Assembly (NCBI RefSeq): GCF_009914755.1
Contig: NC_060948.1
DNA length: 64,000 nt
From: the human T2T-CHM13v2.0 reference genome, Homo sapiens
Reading direction: 5' to 3' (one strand)
Below, in pieces: positions 28,892-43,157 of this stretch. The notes beneath the pieces are model-generated. The model saw only the letters and a program-made list of their open reading frames with translations, was not told where the DNA came from and ran no database searches. Position numbers and translations under genes: made by a program. Positions within the stretch are counted from its first letter, which is position 1. Each line of letters opens with the position of its first letter.

Positions 28892-31800
28892 ATGGAGTCA
28901 AATGGAATGGTCTGGAATGGAATGAACACGAATGTAATGCAATCCAATACAATGGAATCGAATGGCATGGAATATAAAGAAATGGATTCGAAGAGAATGG
29001 AAACAAATGGAATGGAATTGAATGGAATGGAATTGAATGGAATGGGAACGAATGGAGTGAAATTGTATGCAGTAGAAGGGAATAGAATGGAATGCAAGCG
29101 AAAGGAAAGGAATGGATTGGAATGGAATGGAATTCATTGGAATGGAAGGGAATGTAGTGTAATGGACAGGCCTGGAATAAAGTGGAATGCTACGGTCTCG
29201 AATGGAATAAAAATGTATGGAATGGAATACAAAGAAACGGAATCGAATGTCATAGAATGTAATGGAATGCAACAAAATGGAATCCAAAATCATTGACTGG
29301 AAAGGCTGGGTGTCGAAAGGAATTGACTCCAATGGAATGGAATCGAATGGAATGGAAGTGAATAGAATCGAACTAAATCGAATGGAATGGAATTGATAGG
29401 AACGGAATGGAAAGGAATGCAATGATTTGGCATGGAATGGAATCGAATGGCATCGAATGGAATGGAATGGAATGCAATGGAATGGAATGTATTAGAATGT
29501 AATGAACTTTAATGGAATGTACTCGAATGGATTCGACTGGAATGGAATGTTCTGGAAGTGAATGGGCTCCTATGGAATGGATTCAAAAGGAATGGAATCG
29601 TACGGAATGGAATCTAATGGAATGGAATTAAATGGAAATGAATCAAATTGAATAGCACGGAATTGAATTGAATGGAATGGAATGCAATGGAATCTAATGA
29701 AACGGAAAGGAAAGGAATGGAATGGAATGGAATGGGCTGGAATGGAAAGGAATCGAAACGAATGGAATGGAATCGAACTGAAGAGACTGGAATGGAATGC
29801 ACTGGAATGGAAGGGAGTGTAATGGAAGGTTCTCGAAAAAAATGGAATCGAATGGAATGGAATTGAATGGAACGGAATAGAGTCGAATGGAATTGAATGG
29901 AATGGAATGGACTAGAGTGAAATGGAATCAAACCACAAGGAATGGAGAGGAATAGAATGGTCTCGAATTGAATGGAATCGTATGGAATGGCATCAAACGG
30001 AATGGAATGGACAGCCACGGAATGGAATGCACTCGAATGCAATGGAGTCGAAACTAATGGACTGGAATAGAATGGACTCGACTGGTACGGACTCCAATGG
30101 AATGGAATCGAATGGAAGGGAATCGAACGGAATGGACTCGAAGGGAAAAGACTGCAATGGAAAGGTCTGGAATGGAATGGAAATTAATGGAATGGAATGG
30201 AATCGAATGAAATGGAGTCAAAAGGAATGGAATCGAATGGCAAGAAATCGAATGTAATGGAATCGCAAGGAATTGATGTGAACGGAACGGAATGGAATGG
30301 AATCCAAAGGAATGGAATAGAATGGAATGGAATCGAATGGAAAGGACTCGAATGGAAATCACTCGAATAGAATGCAATTTAATAAAATAGGATCAAATGG
30401 AATGGAATGGAATGGAAAGGAATCGAAACGAAAGGAATGGAGACAGATGGAATGGAATGGAACAGAGAGCAATGCTATAGAATGGAATGGAATCATCTGG
30501 AATGGAATTGAATGGAATGGAATAATATGAAATGGAATGGAATGGAATGGAATGGAATGCCCTTGAATTAAATGGACTGGAATGGAATGGACTCCAACAG
30601 AGTGGAATGGAAAGTGTTGAGATAGAATGGAATGGACTCCTTTGGAATGGTGTAGTATGCAATGCAATCGACTGGCAGGGAATCAAAAGGAATGTAATCG
30701 AATGGATTGGACTGGAATGCAATGGACTCGAATAGATTGCAAACAGAATGCAAAGGAATGGAATGGAATAGTATGGAATGGAATGGAAAGGAATGGAGTG
30801 GAATAGACTAGAGTGGAATGGAATGGACTGGAAAGCAATGGACTGGAATGGAACTTTCTTGAATGGACTGGAATCAAACGGAATGGAATGCAATGCAATC
30901 AAATGGCATGGAATAAAATAGAATGAAAGAGAATCAAATGGAATTGAATCGAATGGAATCGAATGGATTGGAAAGGAATAGAATGGAATGGAATGGAATT
31001 GACTCAAATGGAATGGACTAGAATGGAATGGATTCGAATGGAAGGCAAAGGAATGGAATCTATTGGAATGGACTGTAATGGAATGGAATGGAAGGGATTG
31101 GAATGGACTCGAATGGAATGGACTGCAATAGAAAGGATTCGAATGGAATGAAAAAGAATTGAATGGAATAGAACAGAATGGAATCTAATCGAATGAAATG
31201 GAATGGAATAGAAAGGAATGGAATGAAATGGAATGGAAAGGATTCGAATGGAATGCAATCGAATGGAATGGAATCGAACGGAATGGAATAAAATGGAAGA
31301 AAACTGGCAAGAAATGGAATCGAAATGAATGGAGTGTTATGGAACGGACTCAAAAGGAATTGAATGTAATAGAATGGAGTGGAGTGGACTCGAATATAAT
31401 GGACTGGAATGGAATGAAATCACATGGAATGGGAACGAATGGAATGGAATGGAAAGGAATGGAATCGAATGGAAAGGAATCGAATGGAAGGGAATGAAAT
31501 TGAATCAACAGGAATGGAAGGGAATAGAATAGACGGTAATGGAATGGACTCGAATAGAATGGACACGAATGCTCAAATTGAATGGACTCGAATGGAATGG
31601 AAACGAAAGGAATGTCATCGAATGGAATTGAATCGATTGGAATGAAATCGCATAGAATGGAGTGGAATCAAATGGAATTGAATCGAAAGGAAAGGAAGCG
31701 AATGGACTGAAATGAAATGGAATGGAATTGAATGGAAAGTAATGCAATGGAATAGAATGGAACGAAATTTCACGGAATGGAATCAAACTGAATGGAATCA

Positions 31801-32465
31801 AATCAATGGAATCAAATCAAATGGAATGGAAAGGAATTGAATGGAGTAGATTGGATTGGATGGGATTGGAATGAAATGTACTGGAAAGGACTCGAATTTC
31901 ATGAAACGGAATGGAATGAATTGGAACGGAATGGACTCGAATGGAATGGAATGTCATGGAATGGCATCAAATGGAATGGCATCAAATGGAATGGAATCGA
32001 ATGCAATGGAATGCTATGGAATGGAATGGAATGCATTGGAATGGAATGTCCTCTAATGGAATGGATTCGAGTGGAATGGAATCGAATATAATGGAGTCGA
32101 ATGAAATGGAATTGAAAGGAATGGGATCGAATACAATGGAATATACTGGAATGTAATGTAATGAACTCGAATGTAATTGACTGGAATGGAATGTACATGA
32201 ATGGAATGTAATCGAATGGAAAGTAATCCAATGGAATAGAATCTAATGCAATAAAATCGACTCAGATAGAGTAGAATGTAATGGAATGGAGTGCAGTGAA
32301 ATGGAATGGAATGGAATGGAATGCAATGGAATGGAATGGAATGGAATGGAATGGAATGGAATGGAATGGAATGGAATGGGATGGAATGGTATGGAATGGA
32401 TAGTAATGGACTGGAGTGAAATGGACTGGAAAGGAATGGACTCAAATTGAAAGGGCTCGAAAGGA
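28892..32465 (+). repeat. DYZ1 unit U9, 3574 bp
   Basis: Landmark spacing; HaeIII 29169. Confidence 0.92.
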
Positions 32466-35400
32466 ATGGAGTCAAATGGAATGGTCTGGAATGGAATGAA
32501 CACGAATGTAATGCAATCCAATAGAATGGAATCGAATGGCATGGAATATAAAGAAATGGATTCGAAGAGAATGGAAACAAATGGAATGGAATTGAATGGA
32601 ATGGAATTGAATGGAATGGGAACGAATGGAGTGAAATTGTATGCAGTAGAAGGGAATAGAATGGAATGCAAGCGAAAGGAAAGGAATGGATTGGAATGGA
32701 ATGGAATTCATTGGAATGGAAGGGAATGTAGTGTAATGGACAGGCCTGGAATAAAGTGGAATGCTACGGTCTCGAATGGAATAAAAATGTATGGAATGGA
32801 ATACAAAGAAACGGAATCGAATGTCATAGAATGTAATGGAATGCAACAAAATGGAATCCAAAATCATTGACTGGAAAGGCTGGGTGTCGAAAGGAATTGA
32901 CTCCAATGGAATGGAATCGAATGGAATGGAAGTGAATAGAATCGAACTAAATCGAATGGAATGGAATTGATAGGAACGGAATGGAAAGGAATGCAATGAT
33001 TTGGCATGGAATGGAATCGAATGGCATCGAATGGAATGGAATGGAATGCAATGGAATGGAATGTATTAGAATGTAATGAACTTTAATGGAATGTACTCGA
33101 ATGGATTCGACTGGAATGGAATGTTCTGGAAGTGAATGGACTCCAATGGAATGGATTCAAAAGGAATGGAATCGTACGGAATGGAATCTAATGGAATGGA
33201 ATTAAATGGAAATGAATCAAATTGAATAGCACGGAATTGAATTGAATGGAATGGAATGCAATGGAATCTAATGAAACGGAAAGGAAAGGAATGGAATGGA
33301 ATGGAATGGGCTGGAATGGAAAGGAATCGAAACGAATGGAATGGAATCGAACTGAAGAGACTGGAATGGAATGCACTGGAATGGAAGGGAGTGTAATGGA
33401 AGGTTCTCGAAAAAAATGGAATCGAATGGAATGGAATTGAATGGAACGGAATAGAGTCGAATGGAATTGAATGGAATGGAATGGACTAGAGTGAAATGGA
33501 ATCAAACCACAAGGAATGGAGAGGAATAGAATGGTCTCGAATTGAATGGAATCGTATGGAATGGCATCAAACGGAATGGAATGGACAGCCACGGAATGGA
33601 ATGCACTCGAATGCAATGGAGTCGAAACTAATGGACTGGAATAGAATGGACTCGACTGGTACGGACTCCAATGGAATGGAATCGAATGGAAGGGAATCGA
33701 ACGGAATGGACTCGAAGGGAAAAGACTGCAATGGAAAGGTCTCGAATGGAATGGAAATTAATGGAATGGAATGGAATCGAATGAAATGGAGTCAAAAGGA
33801 ATGGAATCGAATGGCAACAAATCGAATGTAATGGAATCGCAAGGAATTGATGTGAACGGAACGGAATGGAATGGAATCCAAAGGAATGGAATAGAATGGA
33901 ATGGAATCGAATGGAAAGGACTCGAATGGAAATCACTCGAATAGAATGCAATTTAATAAAATAGGATCAAATGTAATGGAATGGAATGGAAAGGAATCGA
34001 AACGAAAGGAATGGAGACAGATGGAATGGAATAGAACAGAGAGCAATGGTATGGAATGGAATGGAATCATCTGGAATGGAATTGAATGGAATGGAATAAT
34101 ATGAAATGGAATGGAATGGAATGGAATGGAATGGAATGCCCTTGAATTAAATGGACTGGAATGGAATGGACTCGAACAGAGTGGAATGGAAAGTGTTGAG
34201 ATAGAATGGAATGGACTCCTTTGGAATGGTGTAGTATGCAATGCAATCGACTGGCAGGGAATCAAAAGGAATGTAATGGAATTGACTGGACTGGAATGCA
34301 ATGGACTCGAATAGATTGGAAACGGAATGCAAAGAAATGGAATGGAATAGTATGGAATGGAATGGAAAGGAATGGAGTGGAATAGACTACAGTGGAATGG
34401 AATGGACTGGAAAGCAATGGACTGGAATGGAACTTTCTTGAATGGACTGGAATCAAACGGAATGGAATGCAATGCAATCAAATGGCATGGAATAAAATAG
34501 AATGAAAGAGAATCAAATGGAATTGAATCGAATGGAATCGAATGGATTGGAAAGGAATAGAATGGAATGGAATGGAATTGACTCAAATGGAATGGACTAG
34601 AATGGAATGGATTCGAATGGAAGGCAAAGGAATGGAATCTATTGGAATGGACTGTAATGGAATGGAATGGAAGGGATTGGAATGGACTCGAATGGAATGG
34701 ACTGCAATAGAAAGGATTCGAATGGAATGAAAAAGAATTGAATGGAATAGAACAGAATGGAATCAAATCGAATGAAATGGAATGGAATAGAAAGGAATGG
34801 AATGAAATGGAATGGAAAGGATTCGAATGGAATGCAATCGAATGGAATGGAATCGAACGGAATGGAATAAAATGGAAGAAAACTGGCAAGAAATGGAATC
34901 GAAATGAATGGAGTGTTATGGAACGGACTCAAAAGGAATTGAATGTAATAGAATGGAGTGGAGTGGACTCGAATATAATGGACTGGAATGGAATGAAATC
35001 ACATGGAATGGGAACGAATGGAATGGAATGGAAAGGAATGGAATCGAATGGAAAGGAATCGAATGGAAGGGAATGAAATTGAATCAACAGGAATGGAAGG
35101 GAATAGAATAGACGGTAATGGAATGGACTCGAATAGAATGGACACGAATGCTCAAATTGAATGGACTCGAATGGAATGGAAACGAAAGGAATGTCATCGA
35201 ATGGAATTGAATCGATTGGAATGAAATCGCATAGAATGGAGTGGAATCAAATGGAATTGAATCGAAAGGAAAGGAAGCGAATGGACTGAAATGAAATGGA
35301 ATGGAATTGAATGGAAAGTAATGCAATGGAATAGAATGGAACGAAATTTCACGGAATGGAATCAAACTGAATGGAATCAAATCAATGGAATCAAATCAAA

Positions 35401-36034
35401 TGGAATGGAAAGGAATTGAATGGAGTAGATTGGATTGGATGGGATTGGAATGAAATGTACTGGAAAGGACTCGAATTTCATGAAACGGAATGGAATGAAT
35501 TGGAACGGAATGGACTCGAATGGAATGGAATGTCATGGAATGGCATCAAATGGAATGGCATCAAATGGAATGGAATCGAATGCAATGGAATGCTATGGAA
35601 TGGAATGGAATGCATTGGAATGGAATGTCCTCTAATGGAATGGATTCGAGTGGAATGGAATCGAATATAATGGAGTCGAATGAAATGGAATTGAAAGGAA
35701 TGGGATCGAATACAATGGAATATACTGGAATGTAATGTAATGAACTCGAATGTAATTGACTGGAATGGAATGTACATGAATGGAATGTAATCGAATGGAA
35801 AGTAATCCAATGGAATAGAATCTAATGCAATAAAATCGACTCAGATAGAGTAGAATGTAATGGAATGGAGTGCAGTGCAATGGAATGGAATGGAATGGAA
35901 TGCAATTGAATGGAATGGAATGGAATGGAATGGAATGGAATGGAATGGGATGGAATGGTATGGAATGGATAGTAATGGACTGGAGTGAAATGGACTGGAA
36001 AGGAATGGACTCAAATTGAAAGGGCTCGAAAGGA
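32466..36034 (+). repeat. DYZ1 unit U10, 3569 bp
   Basis: Landmark spacing; HaeIII 32743. Confidence 0.92.
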
Positions 36035-39000
36035 ATGGAGTCAAATGGAATGGTCTGGAATGGAATGAACACGAATGTAATGCAATCCAATAGAATGGAA
36101 TCGAATGGCATGGAATATAAAGAAATGGAATCGGAGAGAATGGAAACAAATGGAATGGAATTGAATGGAATGGAATTGAATGGAATGGGAACGAATGGAG
36201 TGAAATTGTATGCAGTAGAAGGGAATAGAATGGAATGCAAGCGAAAGGAAAGGAATGGATTGGAATGGAATGGAATTCATTGGAATGGAAGGGAATGTAG
36301 TGTAATGGACAGGCCTGGAATAAAGTGGAATGCTACGGTCTCGAATGGAATAAAAATGTATGGAATGGAATGCAATGAAATGGAATCGAATGTCATAGAA
36401 TGAAATGGAATGCAACAAAATGGAATCCAAAATCATTGACTGGAAAGGCTGGGTGTCGAAAGGAATTGACTCCAATGGAATGGAATCGAATGGAATGGAA
36501 GTGAATAGAATCGAACTAAATCGAATGGAATGGAATTGATAGGAACGGAATGGAAAGGAATGCAATGATTTGGCATGGAATGGAATCGAATGGCATCGAA
36601 TGGAATGGAATGGAATGCAATGGAATGGAATGTATTAGAATGTAATGAACTTTAATGGAATGTACTCGAATGGATTCGACTGGAATGGAATGTTCTGGAA
36701 GTGAATGGACTCCAATGGAATGGATTCAAAAGGAATGGAATCGTACGGAATGGAATCTAATGGAATGGAATTAAATGGAAATGAATCAAATTGAATAGCA
36801 CGGAATTGAATTGAATGGAATGGAATGCAATGGAATCTAATGAAACGGAAAGGAAAGGAATGGAATGGAATGGAATGGGCTGGAATGGAAAGGAATCGAA
36901 ACGAATGGAATGGAATCGAACTGAAGAGACTGGAATGGAATGCACTGGAATGGAAGGGAGTGTAATGGAAGGTTCTCGAAAAAAATGGAATCGAATGGAA
37001 TGGAATTGAATGGAACGGAATAGAGTCGAATGGAATTGAATGGAATGGAATGGACTAGAGTGAAATGGAATCGAACCACAAGGAATGGACAGGAATAGAA
37101 TGGTCTCGAATTGAATGGAATCGTATGGAATGGCATCAAACGGAATGGAATGGACAGCCACGGAATGGAATGCACTCGAATGCAATGGAGTCGAAACTAA
37201 TGGACTGGAATAGAATGGACTCGACTGGTATGGACTCCAATGGAATGGAATCGAATGGAAGGGAATCGAACGGAATGGACTCGAAGGGAAAAGACTGCAA
37301 TGGAAAGGTCTCGAATGGAATGGAAATTAATGGAATGGAATGGAATCGAATGAAATGGAGTCAAAAGGGATGGAATCGAATGGCAAGAAATCGAATGTAA
37401 TGGAATCGCAAGGAATTGATGTGAACGGAACGGAATGGAATGGAATCCAAAGGAATGGAATAGAATGGAATGGAATCGAATGGAAAGGACTCGAATGGAA
37501 ATCACTCGAATAGAATGCAATTTAATAAAATAGGATCAAATGTAATGGAATGGAATGGAAAGGAATCGAAACGAAAGGAATGGAGACAGATGGAATGGAA
37601 TGGAACAGAGAGCAATGGTATAGAATGGAATGGAATCATCTGGAATGGAATTGAATGGAATGGAATAATATGAAATGGAATGGAATGGAATGGAATGGAA
37701 TGGAATGCCCTTGAATTAAATGGACTGGAATGGAATGGACTCGAACAGAGTGGAATGGAAAGTGTTGAGATAGAATGGAATGGACTCCTTTGGAATGGTG
37801 TAGTATGCAATGCAATCGACTGGCAGGGAATCAAAAGGAATGTAATGGAATGGACTGGACTGGAATGCAATGGACTCGAATAGATTGGAAACGGAATGCA
37901 AAGAAATGGAATGGAATAGTATGGAATGGAATGGAAAGGAATGGAGTGGAATAGACTAGAGTGGAATGGAATGGACTGGAAAGCAATGGACTGGAATGGA
38001 ACTTTCTTGAATGGACTGGAATCAAACGGAATGGAATGCAATGCAATCCAATGGCATGGAATAAAATAGAATGAAAGAGAATCAAATGGAATTGAATCGA
38101 ATGGAATCGAATGGATTGGAAAGGAATAGAATGGAATGGAATGGAATGGACTCAAATGGAATGGACTAGAATGGAATGGATTCGAATGGAAGGCAAAGGA
38201 ATGGAATCTATTGGAATGGACTGTAATGGAATGGAATGGAAGGGATTGGAATGGACTCGAATGGAATGGACTGCAATAGAAAGGATTCGAATGGAATGAA
38301 AAAGAATTGAATGGAATAGAACAGAATGGAATCAAATCGAATGAAATGGAATGGAATAGAAAGGAATGGAATGAAATGGAATGGAAAGGATTCGAATGGA
38401 ATGCAATCGAATGGAATGGAATCGAACGGAATGGAATAAAATGGAAGAAAACTGGCAAGAAATGGAATCGAAATGAATGGAGTGTTATGGAACGGACTCA
38501 AAAGGAATTGAATGTAATAGAATGGAGTGGAGTGGACTCGAATATAATGGACTGGAATGGAATGAAATCACATGGAATGGGAACGAATGGAATGGAATGG
38601 AAAGGAATGGAATCGAATGGAAAGGAATCGAATGGAAGGGAATGAAATTGAATCAACAGGAATGGAAGGGAATAGAATAGACGGTAATGGAATGGACTCG
38701 AATAGAATGGACACGAATGCTCAAATTGAATGGACTCGAATGGAATGGAAACGAAAGGAATGTCATCGAATGGAATTGAATCGATTGGAATGAAATCGCA
38801 TAGAATGGAGTGGAATCAAATGGAATTGAATCGAAAGGAAAGGAAGCGAATGGACTGAAATGAAATGGAATGGAATTGAATGGAAAGTAATGCAATGGAA
38901 TAGAATGGAACGAAATTTCACGGAATGGAATCAAACTGAATGGAATCAAATCAATGGAATCAAATCAAATGGAATGGAAAGGAATTGAATGGAGTAGATT

Positions 39001-39598
39001 GGATTGGATGGGATTGGAATGAAATGTACTGGAAAGGACTCGAATTTCATGAAACGGAATGGAATGAATTGGAACGGAATGGACTCGAATGGAATGGAAT
39101 GTCATGGAATGGCATCAAATGGAATGGCATCAAATGGAATAGAATCGAATGCAATGGAATGCTATGGAATGGAATGGAATGCATTGGAATGGAATGTCCT
39201 CTAATGGAATGGATTCGAGTGGAATGGAATCGAATATAATGGAGTCGAATGAAATGGAATTGAAAGGAATGGGATCGAATACAATGGAATATACTGGAAT
39301 GTAATGTAATGAACTCGAATGTAATTGACTGGAATGGAATGTACATGAATGGAATGTAATCGAATGGAAAGTAATCCAATGGAATAGAATCTAATGCAAT
39401 AAAATCGACTCAGATAGAGTAGAATGTAATGGAATGGAGTGCAGTGCAATGGAATGGAATGGAATGGAATGCAATTGAACGGAATGGAATGGAATGGAAT
39501 GGAATGGAATGGGATGGAATGGTATGGAATGGATAGTAATGGACTGGAGTGAAATGGACTGGAAAGGAATGGACTCAAATTGAAAGGGCTCGAAAGGA
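36035..39598 (+). repeat. DYZ1 unit U11, 3564 bp
   Basis: Landmark spacing; HaeIII 36312. Confidence 0.92.
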
Positions 39599-42500
39599 AT
39601 GGAGTCAAATGGAATGGTCTGGAATGGAATGAACACGAATGTAATGCAATCCAATAGAATGGAATCGAATGGCATGGAATATAAAGAAATGGAATCGGAG
39701 AGAATGGAAACAAATGGAATGGAATTGAATGGAATGGAATTGAATGGAATGGGAACGAATGGAGTGAAATTGTATGCAGTAGAAGGGAATAGAATGGAAT
39801 GCAAGCGAAAGGAAAGGAATGGATTGGAATGGAATGGAATTCATTGGAATGGAAGGGAATGTAGTGTAATGGACAGGCCTGGAATAAAGTGGAATGCTAC
39901 GGTCTCGAATGGAATAAAAATGTATGGAATGGAATGCAATGAAACGGAATCGAATGTCATAGAATGTAATGGAATGCAAAAAAATGGAATCCTAAATCAT
40001 TGACTGGAAAGGCTGGGTGTCGAAAGGAATTGACTCCAATGGAATGGAATCGAATGGAATGGAAGTGAATAGAATCGAACTAAATCGAATGGAATGGAAT
40101 TGATAGGAACGGAATGGAAAGGAATGCAATGATTTGGCATGGAATGGAATCGAATGGCATCGAATGGAATGGAATGGAATGCAATGGAATGGAATGTATT
40201 AGAATGTAATGAACTTTAATGGAATGTACTCGAATGGATTCGACTGGAATGGAATGTTCTGGAAGTGAATGGACTCCAATGGAATGGATTCAAAAGGAAT
40301 GGAATCGTACGGAAAGGAATCTAATGGAATGGAATTAAATGGAAATGAATCAAATTGAATAGCACGGAATTGAATTGAATGGAATGGAATGCAATGGAAT
40401 CTAATGAAACGGAAAGGAAAGGAATGGAATGGAATGGAATGGGCTGGAATGGAAAGGAATCGAAACGAATGGAATGGAATCGAACTGAAGAGACTGGAAC
40501 GGAATGCACTGGAATGGAAGGGAGTGTAATGGAAGGTTCTCGAAAAAAATGGAATCGAATGGAATGGAATTGAATGGAACGGAATAGAGTCGAATGGAAT
40601 TGAATGGAATGGAATGGACTAGAGTGAAATGGAATCGAACCACAAGGAATGGACAGGAATAGAATGGTCTCGAATTGAATGGAATCGTATGGAATGGCAT
40701 CAAACGGAATGGAATGGACAGCCACGGAATGGAATGCACTCGAATGCAATGGAGTCGAAACTAATGGACTGGAATAGAATGGACTCGACTGGTACGGACT
40801 CCAATGGAATGGAATCGAATGGAAGGGAATCGAACGGAATGGACTCGAAGGGAAAAGACTGCAATGGAAAGGTCTCGAATGGAATGCAAATTAATGGAAT
40901 GGAATGGAATCGAATGAAATGGAGTCAAAAGGAATGGAATCGAATGGCAAGAAATCGAATGTAATGGAATCGCAAGGAATTGATGTGAACGGAACGGAAT
41001 GGAATGGAATCCAAAGGAATGGAATAGAATGGAATGGAATCGAATGGAAAGGACTCGAATGGAAATCACTCGAATAGAATGCAATTTAATAAAATAGGAT
41101 CAAATGTAATGGAATGGAATGGAAAGGAATCGAAACGAAAGGAATGGAGACAGATGGAATGGAATGGAACGGAGAGCAATGCTATAGAATGGAATGGAAT
41201 CATCTGGAATGGAATTGAATGGAATGGAATAATATGAAATGGAATGGAATGGAATGGAATGGAATGCCCTTGAATTAAATGGACTGGAATGGAATGGACT
41301 CGAACAGAGTGGAATGGAAAGTGTTGAGATAGAATGGAATGGACTCCTTTGGAATGGTGTAGTATGCAATGCAATCGACTGGCAGGGAATCAAAAGGAAT
41401 GTAATCGAATGGATTGGACTGGAATGCAATGGACTCGAATTGATTGGAAACGGAATGCAAAGGAATGGAATGGAATAGTATGGAATGGAATGGAAAGGAA
41501 TGGAGTGGAATAGACTAGAGTGGAATGGAATGGACTGGAAAGCAATGGACTGGAATGGAACTTTCTTGAATGGACTGGAATCAAACGGAATGGAATGCAA
41601 TGCAATCAAATGGCATGGAATAAAATAGAATGAAAGAGAATCAAATGGAATTGAATCGAATGGAATCGAATGGATTGGAAAGGAATAGAATGGAATGGAA
41701 TGGAATTGACTCAAATGGAATGGACTAGAATGGAATGGATTCGAATGGAAGGCAAAGGAATGGAATCTATTGGAATGGACTGTAATGGAATGGAATGGAA
41801 GGGATTGGAATGGACTCGAATGGAATGGACTGCAATAGAAAGGATTCGAATGGAATGAAAAAGAATTGAATGGAATAGAACAGAATGGAATCAAATCGAA
41901 TGAAATGGAATGGAATAGAAAGGAATGGAATGAAATGGAATGGAAAGGATTCGAATGGAATGCAATCGAATGGAATGGAATCGAACGGAATGGAATAAAA
42001 TGGAAGAAAACTGGCAAGAAATGGAATCGAAATGAATGGAGTGTTATGGAACGGAGTCAAAAGGAATTGAATGTAATAGAATGGAGTGGAGTGGCCTCGA
42101 ATATAATGGACTGGAATGGAATGAAATCACATGGAATGGGAACGAATGGAATGGAATGGAAAGGAATGGAATCGAATGGAAAGGAATCGAATGGAAGGGA
42201 ATGAAATTGAATCAACAGGAATGGAAGGGAATAGAATAGACGGTAATGGAATGGACTCGAATAGAATTGACACGAATGCTCAAATTGAATGGACTCGAAT
42301 GGAATGGAAACGAAAGGAATGTCATCGAATGGAATTGAATCGATTGGAATGAAATCGCATAGAATGGAGTGGAATCAAATGGAATTGAATCGAAAGGAAA
42401 GGAAGCGAATGGACTGAAATGAAATGGAATGGAATTGAATGGAAAGTAATGCAATGGAATAGAATGGAACGAAATTTCACGGAATGGAATCAAACTGAAT

Positions 42501-43157
42501 GGAATCAAATGAATGGAATCTAATCAAATGGAATGGAAAGGAATTGAATGGAGTAGATTGGATTGGATGGGATTGGAATGAAATGTACTGGAAAGGACTC
42601 GAATTTCATGAAACGGAATGGAATGAATTGGAACGGAATGGACTCGAATGGAATGGAATGTCATGGAATGGCATCAAATGGAATGGCATCAAATGGAATG
42701 GAATCGAATGCAATGGAATATTATGGAATGGAATGGAATGCATTGGAATGGAATGTCCTCTAATGGAATGGATTCGAGTGGAATGGAATCGAATATAATG
42801 GAGTCGAATGAAATGGAATTGAAAGGAATGGGATCGAATAGAATGGAATATACTGGAATGTAATGTAATGAACTCGAATGTAATTGACTGGAATAGAATG
42901 TACATGAATGGAAGGTAATCGAATGGAAAGTAATCCAATGGAATAGAATCTAATGCAATAAAACCGACTCAGATAGAGTAGAATGTAATGGAATGGAGTG
43001 CAGTGCAATGGAATGGAATGGAATTGAATGCAATGGAATGGAATGGAATGGAATGGAATGGAATGGAATGGGATGGAATGGTATGGAATGGATAGAAATG
43101 GACTGGAGTGAAATGGACTGGAAAGGAATGGACTCAAATTGAAAGGGCTCGAAAGGA
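39599..43157 (+). repeat. DYZ1 unit U12, 3559 bp
   Basis: Landmark spacing; HaeIII 39876 plus a private GGCC at 42093. Confidence 0.92.
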
